Counted from the first letter of the stretch, positions 52,372 through 62,297 are shown. The stretch: 64,000 nucleotides of DNA from an uncultured delta proteobacterium (GCA_963710455.1 CAVQAG010000017.1:472149-536148), one strand, 5' to 3'. The notes: a model not told the origin generated them from the letters alone. A program made the numbers and translations.

Positions 52372-53106
52372 TCAGCCGCGGCTGGGAAGCATCCTCTCTG
52401 CTAGCGCGGCGGCCAAGGAAGCCGTTGCCCATCCCGCGGCCGGCGCCGCGAGCGCTCCCACAGCTGTCCCGACGAACACCAGCCAATCCACGTCCATCCG
52501 CTGGCGCGCGATGCTGAGCGTAAGGCCGGCTGCACCGGCCAACCCAGGGACTCCCCACCATGCGATCTCGGCGAGCACGATCGATCCCATTACCCGCCGT
52601 ATCCCAGGCCGCAGCATGGTTCCGCCGACTGCCGCGAACATCACGGCCAGCATGAAGTCGGCGGCAAAAGTCCCGAGCCACAGATGCGGCGGCGGCCACA
52701 GGAACATCGGGAGCCCTCTGGAGGCGGTGAACTGCAACAACGTGCCAATCCCAAGGGCTGCCAGCGCGGCGATTCCGGCGGCGGCGGTGGGGCGGTGCCG
52801 CAGTGCGATCGCGATCACGATCGCGATAACCAATAATGCCCCCGAGATTGCGAAAGCTCTCGCGTATTCGCGGCGGCGCCGTGCGATGTCCTGAACCGAA
52901 GGCGTGGCGTCGTCGCCGGAACTATCAGAGGCCGACGCCGCGTCCACAACGGTGTCAACCGCGCCTGATTTTTTGGATCTAACTGATTGAGCCGATGGCG
53001 CGACGAAGCCGCGTGCGAGTGTCGGCGCACGCCCAATCACCAGCATCGCCGCCGCCAGCACTAACACTCCCACTACCCCAGCGAGGCCGCGTATCATAGT
53101 GGGCAA
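52372..53106 (-). CDS. Hypothetical multi-pass membrane protein
   Basis: 244-aa ORF with several hydrophobic segments; no family recognised. Confidence 0.6.
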   Translation of the reverse strand: MPTMIRGLAGVVGVLVLAAAMLVIGRAPTLARGFVAPSAQSVRSKKSGAVDTVVDAASASDSSGDDATPSVQDIARRRREYARAFAISGALLVIAIVIAIALRHRPTAAAGIAALAALGIGTLLQFTASRGLPMFLWPPPHLWLGTFAADFMLAVMFAAVGGTMLRPGIRRVMGSIVLAEIAWWGVPGLAGAAGLTLSIARQRMDVDWLVFVGTAVGALAAPAAGWATASLAAALAERMLPSRG

Positions 53107-53278
53107 CTATCCCATCAGCACGGTACGCGTGGCAATGCCCTCCCGGAAACGGTCGGGAAAGCAGCCAGAAATTGCAGACATCCGCCGGACACATGAATGG
53201 ACTTGCGGGCGGCGCGGGGTATAGTTTTTGAGGGCGCGGCGACGCGTCTGGCGGAGGGACCGGTCCTTAGGAGGAACG

Positions 53279-53890
53279 ATGGCCTGGATTCGTACGATCT
53301 CCGAGCAGGAGGCCGAAGGCCCGCTTGCCGACCTCTACGCCAAGCTGCGGCAAAATCCGCACTTCGGCGTGGTCCCCAACGTGATAAAGGCCTTCAGCCT
53401 GCGGCCAGAAATCGCCGCCGCGGTGACCAGGCTCTCGAGCGCGGCAACCTTCGGCGGCTCGCATCTTAGCCGCGTACAGGAGGAGATGATCGCGGCAGCC
53501 GTGTCGTCGGTAAACCGATGCCATTATTGAACCAACGCTCACGCGGAGGTGCTCCGCGTCGAGTCCCGTGGCGACCATGCGCTGGTTGCAGCGATCAAAA
53601 ACGACTGGCGCAGTGCGCCGCTTGGCACCGCTGACCGCGCGATGCTGGAGTACGCTGAGAAACTTACCCGCACGCCGTCAGCAATGACGCGCGCCGACCT
53701 CGACGGCCTGCGCCGTTATTTTTCCGAGGAGCAGGCTTACGACATCGTTGTGATCACTTGCCTGTTCAACTTCATGGACCGCGCCGCCGACGCGTTTGGT
53801 GTCGAACTCGATCCGATGCTTTTGCAACTCGCGCAATCGGCGCCCGACGGCGAAGCGCTAGGCGAAGTCGCCGCGTCCAAACGGAGCTGA
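53279..53890 (+). CDS. AhpD/CMD-like peroxidase, predicted selenoprotein (Sec at UGA 53528-53530, codon 84)
   Basis: NRCHY-UGA-TNAHAEVLR matches the AhpD CxYC..AH motif; frame continues with MLEYAEKLT..P, FNFMDR; SECIS-like hairpin. Confidence 0.88.
53541..53559 (+). promoter_or_regulatory. Putative bacterial SECIS element
   Basis: ACGCGGAG-GTG-CTCCGCGT perfect 8-bp stem, starting 11 nt after the UGA. Confidence 0.75.
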
Positions 53891-53895
53891 CGCAG

Positions 53896-54339
53896 ATGAA
53901 ACATCAGCGACCAATTCTGGTGCCGTGGCGGCAAAACGGATGGCGCACGATCCGCGGCTTGATCGCGATGGTGCCGGTGGTCGCGTGCGCGATCGCGTTC
54001 AGCGGATGCTGGCCGTTTAATCGCACGCCGCCTCAACAGGAGTATTTCAATGCGCTCAAAGTCGGCAACTCGGCGCAGGCGAGCCAACTCTGGTTGCAGA
54101 TGACACCCGGTCAGCGCGCCAAGTTCGAGCGCGGCGAGGACATCCGGCCCAGCGTGTCGAACAAGGACGTGCAACAGGCGATCGACGAGCACTACTCCGA
54201 GCAGGACGACGACGGCTCGGCTCCCAAGCACGTCGAGCTGTCGCCGGGGAGCACCGGGGCAGGGCTACAGGATCTGCATTCTTATCTCAACTCCAACGGC
54301 GCCGCCGATGCGCCCCAACCGGCGCCGGCCGAGCAATAA
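53896..54339 (+). CDS. Hypothetical lipoprotein
   Basis: Basic N-terminus, hydrophobic stretch, lipobox FSGC. Confidence 0.65.
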   Translation: MKHQRPILVPWRQNGWRTIRGLIAMVPVVACAIAFSGCWPFNRTPPQQEYFNALKVGNSAQASQLWLQMTPGQRAKFERGEDIRPSVSNKDVQQAIDEHYSEQDDDGSAPKHVELSPGSTGAGLQDLHSYLNSNGAADAPQPAPAEQ

Positions 54340-54403
54340 CTAACGAATAGCAAAGCGGCGCGAGCCGGATCGCCTCGCGCGCCACTGAGGACACTGACTC
54401 ACG

Positions 54404-55558
54404 ATGGAGTTCGCCTTCAACCCTGATCAGGAGATGCTTCGGCGCACGCTCGCCGATTTCGCCGCGCGCGAGCTTGCGCCAGCCTATGCCGGCCGCGACA
54501 AGGATGAAGACCTGCCGCGCGCGCTCGTGCTTAAGCTCGGCGAGTTGGGGCTGCTCGCACCGATGGTCGAGCAGCGCCACGGCGGCCAGGAACTGGATTA
54601 CGTCTCGCTCGGCATCGCGCACGAAGAAATTGGCCGCGCGGATTTCAACGCGGCGTATGTACTGCTCCTTTCAGGGTTGGTCGGCGCGATCGTTAAAGCT
54701 CGCGGCGACGAGCGCCAACGCGCCGAGTACCTCCCGCCAATCTGCCGCGGCGACGTTGTGAGCGCGCTTGCCGTCACCGAGCCCGGCGGCGGCTCGGACG
54801 CCGCGCATATCCGTCTGCAGGCGCGGCGCGACGGCGACAGTTACCTGCTGAGCGGCGAAAAGACCTCGATCTCGCTCGGCTCATGGGCCGACACGGCGCT
54901 GGTGATGGCGCGCACTGGAACGGTCGAGCAGGGTGCGCATGGGGTGAGCGCCTTTTACGTCGACCTGCGAGCACCGGGAGTGAGTCGCGCGCGCTTTCGC
55001 GACCTCGGCACGCGCGCGATCGGCCGCGGTCAGCTCTTCTTCGACGCGGTGCGCGTGCCGGCCGCCGCGCGAATCGGTTCCGAGGGCGCCGGCTTCGTAC
55101 AGGTGATGCAGGGTTTCGACTTTAGCCGCTCGCTTATCGGCCTGATGTGTGTCGGGGCGGCGCAGCAAAGCCTCGACGAAACCGTCAAGTACGTGACCGA
55201 GCGCCAGGCTTTCGGTTCCGCGCTGGCGCGCTTTGAGGGCGTCTCGTTTCCGCTGGCTGAGGCCGCGGTCAAGCTGCGCGCGGCGCGCCTGCTCTGCTAC
55301 GAGGCCCTATGGTTACGCGATCAGGGGAAGGCGCACGGATGGCTGGCCGCGGGATGCAAGTGGTGGGCGCCGGAACTGGCAGTCCAGGTGATCCATCAGT
55401 GCCTGCTCCTGCACGGTCATCTCGGCTTCAGCCTCGACCTGCCCCATCAGCAACGCCTGCGCGACGTTATCGGGCTCGAGATCGGCGACGGTACCGCGCA
55501 GATTATGAAGACGCTGGTGGCGCGCGAGGTCATCGGCAAGGCGGCCCGTCCCTACTAG
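54404..55558 (+). CDS. Acyl-CoA dehydrogenase (cyclohexanecarboxyl-CoA dehydrogenase-like)
   Basis: TEPGGGSDAA, GEKTSIS, VMQGFDFSR.LIGL, CKWWAP, QRLRDVIGLEIGDGTAQIMK; AliB-like from memory, not searched. Confidence 0.88.
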   Translation: MEFAFNPDQEMLRRTLADFAARELAPAYAGRDKDEDLPRALVLKLGELGLLAPMVEQRHGGQELDYVSLGIAHEEIGRADFNAAYVLLLSGLVGAIVKARGDERQRAEYLPPICRGDVVSALAVTEPGGGSDAAHIRLQARRDGDSYLLSGEKTSISLGSWADTALVMARTGTVEQGAHGVSAFYVDLRAPGVSRARFRDLGTRAIGRGQLFFDAVRVPAAARIGSEGAGFVQVMQGFDFSRSLIGLMCVGAAQQSLDETVKYVTERQAFGSALARFEGVSFPLAEAAVKLRAARLLCYEALWLRDQGKAHGWLAAGCKWWAPELAVQVIHQCLLLHGHLGFSLDLPHQQRLRDVIGLEIGDGTAQIMKTLVAREVIGKAARPY

Positions 55559-55578
55559 GCGTGCGACACCTTGCGCGC

Positions 55579-56364
55579 TTAGCCCGCGCGGCGTGCGAGG
55601 AAGCGCAGCCGCATGTAGTCGGCGGTCCAGCGCCCGGCGTCATCGCACAGCACCGGCGCCAGCATCGCAATAGCATCGTCGCGTGCGGAGACGCGCTCGT
55701 TGGCGGACAGCCGGCTGAGAAAGGGCGCGGCGAAGGTGTCGAGCCATCCAGCCATATCGGTCGGCAGCGGCGTCGGACGCGGAATCAACTCGATGTACTC
55801 GACGGTGAAGCCGCCACGTTCCAGGCGCGCGCGATAGTCGTCAACGGTGGGGAAATACCAGGGACGCGCCGACCTGGCGTCGACACCATGACGCTCGAGC
55901 ACCGCGATCAACGCGACCGTGATCGCCGCTACGCATCCATGACCACCCATCTCACCTGCGAAACGGCCATGTGACTTGAGCGCCCGCGCCACTCCCGCAA
56001 TCACCGCGTCGGGGTCGTCTTTCATCCAATGGAGCGCCGCGTTGGAAAATACCGCGTCGAATTCGCGCGAGAACTCGAGCCTCGCGCCGTCGGCGACCTG
56101 CGCGTCGAGTCCGCGCTTTCGCGCTGCCGCGACCATGTCTGCGGACGCATCAACGCCCACTACCGTCGCGCCGGCGGCCGCGATTTTTTCCGTCAGCACA
56201 CCGTCGCCGCATCCGAGGTCGAGGATTCGCTCACCGATTTGCGGCTTGAGCAGGTCGAGCACCGGCTGTCCGAGCGCAGGAACGAAATGAGCGTGCTTTG
56301 CGTAGCGCTCAGCCTGCCAGTTCTGGGCAGGCGGCGAGATCTCGGTGGATTGCGGATTGGCCAT
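55579..56364 (-). CDS. Class I SAM-dependent methyltransferase
   Basis: ERILDLGCGDG, VGVDAS, FDAVFSNAALHWM. Confidence 0.9.
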   Translation of the reverse strand: MANPQSTEISPPAQNWQAERYAKHAHFVPALGQPVLDLLKPQIGERILDLGCGDGVLTEKIAAAGATVVGVDASADMVAAARKRGLDAQVADGARLEFSREFDAVFSNAALHWMKDDPDAVIAGVARALKSHGRFAGEMGGHGCVAAITVALIAVLERHGVDARSARPWYFPTVDDYRARLERGGFTVEYIELIPRPTPLPTDMAGWLDTFAAPFLSRLSANERVSARDDAIAMLAPVLCDDAGRWTADYMRLRFLARRAG

Positions 56365-56394
56365 CGCTTAAACATATACTGAGAGATAGACAAA

Positions 56395-57027
56395 GTGGAC
56401 ACACGCGAAACCATCCAAGCCCTCCAGACGCCGCGGCAGGGAGTGTCGCCGATATGGCGCGGGGTTGCCATTCTTGGGCTGGCGGCCGTGCTGGTGCTCG
56501 CGCTTTTCGCCACCAAGTACGCAGCGGCGGTGCGCCACCAGGAAATCACCGACTCCGCTGCGCGCGCCGCGCTGAGCGATCGCATCACCAGCCTCGAACA
56601 CGACGTTCTCGACGCGCGCGCCCAAATCGCTTCACTCCGCCAGCAACTGGAAGTCAGTAGCGAGACGGTCCATCAGGCGCTCGCGCCAGACTCGCGGATC
56701 ATCCATCTTGCGCCACTCGGTGCAGTGCCGAAGGCGAGTGCCGTGCTTGCCGAAAGCCCAATCAAGAGCAAAGCAGTGTTGCTGGTTGATGGACTGCCAC
56801 CCGCGCCTTCGGGCGAGATTTATGAGCTATGGTGGATCGGGCCTCACGGCGAAGCGATCAAAGCCACTACTCTCCATCCTGACCCGCAGGGTTCGGCGAC
56901 CGCCACCTTGACCACACCTCCGGCCGACGCGCACGTGGTAGCCGGCGAAGTCACGCTCCAACCCTTAAAGGACGACAATACCCCCGGGGGGACGATCTAC
57001 TTCAGGGGCGCGACGGACGAACGCTGA
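56395..57027 (+). CDS. Anti-sigma factor (RskA-like C-terminal domain)
   Basis: TM helix, coiled coil, LLVDGLPPAPSGEIYELWWI motif. Confidence 0.7.
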   Translation: MDTRETIQALQTPRQGVSPIWRGVAILGLAAVLVLALFATKYAAAVRHQEITDSAARAALSDRITSLEHDVLDARAQIASLRQQLEVSSETVHQALAPDSRIIHLAPLGAVPKASAVLAESPIKSKAVLLVDGLPPAPSGEIYELWWIGPHGEAIKATTLHPDPQGSATATLTTPPADAHVVAGEVTLQPLKDDNTPGGTIYFRGATDER

Positions 57028-57047
57028 CGGCGCCTCGTGCAAGCCCG

Positions 57048-57830
57048 ATGCTCAAGGGAATTGATCACGTCGTCATCGTTGTGGCGGACCTCGACCGCGC
57101 GATAGCGAGCTTCGAAGCGCTCGGCTTCACGGTGGTTCGCGGAGGGCGGCACACGGGACTCGGAACTCATAACGCGCTGATCGCCTTCGGCGACGGCGCC
57201 TATTTCGAACTCATCGCTTTCCTCGTTCCGGCTTTGACGCATCGATGGTTCGCTGCCGTGAGCAAGGGCGGCGGCCTGACCGATTTTTGCATGCAGACCG
57301 GCGACCTCGACACTGACGTCGCCGCATTCAAACGTGCCGGCGCCGCGCTCGGCGAGCCGTTCGCGATGGAACGTGAGCGCCCCGACGGCTACGTGTTGAA
57401 ATGGGTGCTCGCCGTGGCCGTGCCGCTCTCGTCCGGCGCGGTGCCGTTCCTCATCCGCGACACGACGCCGCGTGACGAGCGAGTCCCCCGCGCGCGAACC
57501 CATCGTAACGGCGCCGCGGGCATCTGCACTCTCACCGTCGCGGTCGAGGATGTCGCTGCAACGCTCGCGTTCTATGAGGGTGTGCTAGGCGCTCGTGGTG
57601 AGGAATTGCGGCGCGACGACCTAGGCGCGGCCGGCGTAGGTTTCGTCGTTGGACCGGATGAAGCGCGGCACGAACTGCAATTCGTCGCGCCGGTCTCGGA
57701 GACCGGTGTGGTCGCCGAATGGCTTCGCGTGCATGGGCCGTCGCCCTGCGAGGTCACACTGCGTGGTCCCGCTGCACGGCCTTCATTGCTCGACCCTGCG
57801 CGCGCACAGAGCGCGCGGATTCTGCTTTGA
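57048..57830 (+). CDS. VOC/glyoxalase-like family protein
   Basis: IDHVVI.V.DL, GG.H...GTHNALI.F.DG.Y.ELI, PFLI.D.TPR..RVP. Confidence 0.88.
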   Translation: MLKGIDHVVIVVADLDRAIASFEALGFTVVRGGRHTGLGTHNALIAFGDGAYFELIAFLVPALTHRWFAAVSKGGGLTDFCMQTGDLDTDVAAFKRAGAALGEPFAMERERPDGYVLKWVLAVAVPLSSGAVPFLIRDTTPRDERVPRARTHRNGAAGICTLTVAVEDVAATLAFYEGVLGARGEELRRDDLGAAGVGFVVGPDEARHELQFVAPVSETGVVAEWLRVHGPSPCEVTLRGPAARPSLLDPARAQSARILL

Positions 57831-57854
57831 GAAGACTGCTTTAAAACGCAACCG

Positions 57855-59249
57855 ATGAATGCGCAGTCCATACCGCGCCTGCTGATTTCCGCGACCGGCA
57901 GCGGCGCCGGCAAGACTACCGCGTCGATCGCGCTGATGGGTGCGCTGCGCGCGCGCGGGATGCGCGTCGCCGCCTTCAAATGCGGCCCCGATTATCTCGA
58001 CCCGACGTATCATCGCCGCGCCGCAGGTGTAGTCTCCCACAATCTCGACGGCTGGATGATGGATCGCGCCTCGGTGCTCGCGACTTTCGTGCGCGCAGCC
58101 GAGGGCGCCGACGTCGCGGTTATCGAAGGAATGATGGGGTTGTTCGACGGCGCTACCTCCACTGGCGACGAGGGCTCGTCGGCACAGATCGCGAAGTGGC
58201 TAGCGGCGCCTGTGCTGTTGGTGGTCGACGCGTCCGGCATGGCGCGCACGGTGGCGGCGGTGGCGCACGGATTCAGCCATTTCGACCCGCGGCTCAGACT
58301 CGCCGGACTCATTTGCAACCGCGTCGGCAGCCGCGGCCATCTCGATTTGTTGCGCGCGGCGTCAGCGGACGTTCCGGTGCTCGGCGGCTTTCCGAGCGAG
58401 GCGCATTTTGCATTTCCCGAGCGTCATCTCGGATTGCTGAGCGCAGATGAAAAGAACGTTGCGACGCCGTTATTCGACGCCTGGGCGGATATGGCAGCGC
58501 AATGGCTCGACCTCGACGCGATCGTCTCGATAGCGCAGAGTGCCCCGGCGCTGGACGACGTCGAGGCTGCGGAGTTCTGGCCGCAAAGAGGGACGCGGGC
58601 GCCCCGATGCCGTATCGGCGTGGCATATGACGACGCCTTTCACTTTTATTACGAAGACAACCTGCGCCGGCTCGAAGCGTCTGGCGCCGAACTGGTGCGC
58701 TTCGCGCCAACGCGCGAGGCACAGTTGCCGGACGTCGACGGACTTTACCTCGGTGGTGGCTATCCCGAAGCGCGCGCCGCCGAGCTTTCCGCTAATCGCA
58801 CGATGATCGACGCGATCCGAGGCTTCGCACGAAGCGGGGGGCCGATCTACGCCGAGTGCGGCGGCCTGATGTATCTCAGCGACGGTATTCGCACGCTCGA
58901 CGGACGCACGTGGCCGATGGTAGGCCTCGTCACCGGAGAGGCTGTGATGTCCGAAAGGCTACAGGCGCTCGGCTACGTCGAGGTTGAGACGCGCGGCGAG
59001 TCGATTATGGGGCCCGCGGGGATGCGGATGCGGGGCCATCAGTTCCGCTACTCGACGCTCACGCCCAATCCGGAGCGGATGGAACGCGTGTACGCAGTGC
59101 GACCGCGATGGGGCGAGCCGTTCGTGGAGGGCTATCGCGCAGGCAGCGTGCTCGCCTCTTATGTGCACGTTCACTGGGCGTCGAACCCCCAGGCTGCCGA
59201 AGGATTCGTAGATTCATGCGCCGCCTGGCGCGAGCACCGGCGCAAGTGA
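57855..59249 (+). CDS. cbiA: Cobyrinate a,c-diamide synthase
   Basis: SGAGKTT, FKCGPDYLDP, IEGMMGLFDG, PERHLGL, AFHFYY, GGGYPE, YAECGG.MYL. Confidence 0.94.
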   Translation: MNAQSIPRLLISATGSGAGKTTASIALMGALRARGMRVAAFKCGPDYLDPTYHRRAAGVVSHNLDGWMMDRASVLATFVRAAEGADVAVIEGMMGLFDGATSTGDEGSSAQIAKWLAAPVLLVVDASGMARTVAAVAHGFSHFDPRLRLAGLICNRVGSRGHLDLLRAASADVPVLGGFPSEAHFAFPERHLGLLSADEKNVATPLFDAWADMAAQWLDLDAIVSIAQSAPALDDVEAAEFWPQRGTRAPRCRIGVAYDDAFHFYYEDNLRRLEASGAELVRFAPTREAQLPDVDGLYLGGGYPEARAAELSANRTMIDAIRGFARSGGPIYAECGGLMYLSDGIRTLDGRTWPMVGLVTGEAVMSERLQALGYVEVETRGESIMGPAGMRMRGHQFRYSTLTPNPERMERVYAVRPRWGEPFVEGYRAGSVLASYVHVHWASNPQAAEGFVDSCAAWREHRRK

Positions 59250-60789
59250 CGGCGCGAACCACGCCGGCGCGCACGCTGATGGTGCAGGGCACCGCGTCCT
59301 CAGTCGGCAAAAGCCTGATCGTCGCCGCGTTCTGCCGAATCTTTCATCGCGAAGGGTTGAGCGTCGCGCCGTTCAAAGCGCAGAACATGGCGCTCAACTC
59401 GTTCGTCACGCCCGACGGCGGCGAGATCGGACGCGCACAAGCGGTACAGGCTGAGGCCGCCGGTATCGAGCCGCGCGTTGAGATGAATCCAATCCTGCTG
59501 AAGCCCGAAGGCGGGCTGCGCTCGCAGGTGATTGTGCTTGGCAAGCCGCGCAGCCGGATGACCTGGACCGAGTACCAACAGCTCAAGCCTGAGTTCGTGC
59601 GGATAATCGCGGACTCGCTGCATACTTTGCGTGCGAAACACGATCTGATCGTAATCGAAGGTGCGGGCTCGCCCGCCGAGGTCAACCTTGCCACGCAGGA
59701 CATCGTGAACATGCACGTCGCAGCCGAGGCCGAGGCGCCGGTGTTGCTCGTCGGAGATATCGACCGGGGCGGCGTGTTTGCCCATCTCACCGGCACGATG
59801 GAATTGCTCGCGCCTGCCGATCGCACGCACGTGGCTGGTTTTCTGATCAACAAATTTCGTGGCGACCCGGCGCTGTTGGCTGCGGGGCTGGAATTCCTCC
59901 GCGCGCGCTTTCACATTCCGGTGCTCGGTGTGATCCCTTACCTTGAACGCCTTCGTATCGCCGACGAAGACTCGGCGGCGCTGGAGGATCGCCGCCTCAG
60001 GCGCGCAGCCGAACGCGGTCAAATCGACATCGCGGTAATACGGCTTCCGCGAATATCCAACTTCGACGATTTTCTCGCCCTCGAGCACGAAGACGGCGTC
60101 ACCGTGCGGTTCGTCGAGGACGCCGGGGAATTAGGCGGCGCCGACCTCGCGATAATCCCGGGATCGAAGAGCACCGTTGCCGATCTCAGATGGCTAAGCG
60201 AGAGCGGGTTCGCGCGCGCGATCGTTACGCGGGCGCGCGAGGGAGGCCTGGTTGCGGGAATTTGCGGCGGATGCCAGATGCTGGGCGAGCAAATCGAGGA
60301 TCCGCATCGCGTCGAGTCGGACGAGGTTTCGGTGCGCGGCCTCGGCCTGTTGCCCATAGTCACGCGCTTCGCGAAGACCAAGCTCACCGCGCAAGTGCGC
60401 GCGCGGGTCGAGGCTACTTCCATTTTAGGCATCGCGGATAGCGGCGCGGACGAGATCTCCGCCTATGAAATTCACATGGGAAACCTCGAACGCGTCGTAG
60501 GAACGGCAGCGCCGTTTCGGATCGTCGAGCGCAACGGCGCTTCGCCGATACGCTCGACGGCGCGATGAACCCCGCCGGCACGGTCGTAGGCACAATGCTC
60601 CATGGAATTTTAGAGAACGACGCGCTGCGCGGGGCTTTTCTCGGCGGGTTGCGCAGGCGCAAAGGACTCACCGCGGGCAGTGAGACGCAGCAGGTCGCCT
60701 CGCGCGAAGCAGAGTACGACCGCCTGGCCGCGGCGGTCACGGCCAGCGTCGACCTGACGGCGCTCCGAAAGATAGTGGGCCTCGGCTAA
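59246..60789 (+). pseudogene. cobQ: Cobyric acid synthase, split by an apparent 1-nt frameshift near 60535-60560
   Basis: MVQGT.S.VGKS, PFKAQNM.LN, EGAGSP.E.NL, GICGG.QMLG; C-terminal DGA...GT.LHG lies in the -1 frame (60565-60789). Confidence 0.8.
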
Positions 60790-60844
60790 GACAGCGCCTG
60801 CGGGCCCCAAGACATCCGCGGCGCGAAATCCTAGAATTGCCTCC

Positions 60845-61718
60845 ATGAGTGACGATCGTTCAAACGATCCCGAAGCGTTCGGGCGCAAGCCGGCGCTCGA
60901 ACACGAGGCGCCGAATACGCTCGAGGGCTGGAGCGTGTTGCACCAGGTGTTCAGATTGCGGCGCGGAGAACTCGGTGCAATCGGAGCCGAGCGGCGCGAA
61001 CGAATCCTGCGGCAGGCGGCCAGGAGCGATCTCCGCGATAGAGCGGCGCGAGGACGGCGAGAGCGCGCTCTTTTCGATCCTGGGCCACAAGGGCGATCTG
61101 CTCGCACTGCACTTCCGCCGCAGCTTTGACGAATTGGAACGCGCCGAGACCGATATCGCGGCACTCGAATTGAGCGCGTTCCTCGAACAAACCGGATCGT
61201 ACGTGTCGATGGTCGAGATCGGGTTGTACGAGGGAACAGTCGCTTTGAATGCGCGGCTTGCGGGCGAAGGGCTGCGTCCGCATTCGCCCGAGTGGAAGCG
61301 AGCGGTCGAAGAAGAGCTGGCCGCGCAGCGCGAAAAAATGGTGACGCGCTTGTGGCCTAAAATTCCAACGCGCCGTTACCTCTGTTTTTACCCGATGAAC
61401 AAGCGGCGCGCCGGTGCCGACAACTGGTATCAGCTTCCGATCGACGAGCGCCGCCGCCTGATGCACGAGCACGGCATGATCGGACGGCGTTACGCGGGGC
61501 AGGTAACGCAGATAATCTCGGGCTCGGTGGGGTTTGACGATTGGGAATGGGGAGTCGATCTTTTCGCCGACGATCCGCTGGTCTTCAAGAAACTGGTCTA
61601 CGAGATGCGCTTCGACGAATCGAGCGCACGTTACGCCGAGTTCGGTCCGTTCATCGTTGCGATCCGGCTTGGCGGCGATGATCTGCAGAGGCTCGTGTTC
61701 GGCCACACCATCGCGTAA
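60845..61718 (+). pseudogene. chdC: Coproheme decarboxylase / chlorite dismutase family heme protein, frameshifted near 61000-61030
   Basis: TLEGWSVLHQ in one frame; GHKGDL, CFYPMNKRR...NWY.L, HG..GRRY, DDWEWGV.LF, YEMRFDE in the +1 frame. Confidence 0.75.
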
Positions 61719-61824
61719 GTGCCGTCATCTCGCTGCTTGGCGTTTCACGTCCGCTGTTCGGCCGGTGTTATATCCATTGCGGACGCCAGGGCCAGGCCGC
61801 CTCCAGCTCTCAAAGGAAAGCCAG

Positions 61825-62268
61825 ATGACTCCACAGGAGTTTGCGCAGCGCCTGAATCGCTTGTACACCGGCACCATGATGCAGGATATGGAGATGGTCC
61901 ATGCGGGCGAGGGGCGAGCGCGGGGGCGAGTGGAGTTCAAGCCGCATCTACGCCAACTCACCGGTCTGTTTCATGCCGGAGTGATCATGGGACTCGCCGA
62001 TACGACGGCGACTGCGGCTGCGATGTGGGAGGTTGACTCCAAACTGGCGCTCGAGGGCGAATTGAGGCCGGAGCTGTTCCCGCTCTCGATTCAGGTCTCG
62101 ACCAACCTCATCCGTAACACCGGCCGCGGCGCTCTCATCGCAGACGCCGAACTGATCCATCGGGGCAAAAGCACGATCGTGGCCGACGTTCGTGTTACCG
62201 ACGAACAATCGCGGCTGATCGCCAAGGTCAGCGTTACGCTGCTGGTGCCGAAACCGCCCGGGCGTTGA
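61825..62268 (+). CDS. PaaI family thioesterase (hot-dog fold)
   Basis: G.FHAGVIMGLADT, NLIRN, GKSTIV; ATG 61825 with AAAGGAAA RBS. Confidence 0.85.
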   Translation: MTPQEFAQRLNRLYTGTMMQDMEMVHAGEGRARGRVEFKPHLRQLTGLFHAGVIMGLADTTATAAAMWEVDSKLALEGELRPELFPLSIQVSTNLIRNTGRGALIADAELIHRGKSTIVADVRVTDEQSRLIAKVSVTLLVPKPPGR

Positions 62269-62297
62269 GGTCCAGCGAAGCTAGTTTCGAAAACCCG

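Noticed and set aside
56300-57860. Cobalamin riboswitch ahead of cbiA-cobQ
   Set aside because: Spacers are too short and lack the B12-box motifs.
60535-60560. Programmed -1 frameshift in cobQ (and in MaoC copy 1 at ~49735)
   Set aside because: No X-XXY-YYZ slippery site or obvious downstream stimulator at either junction.
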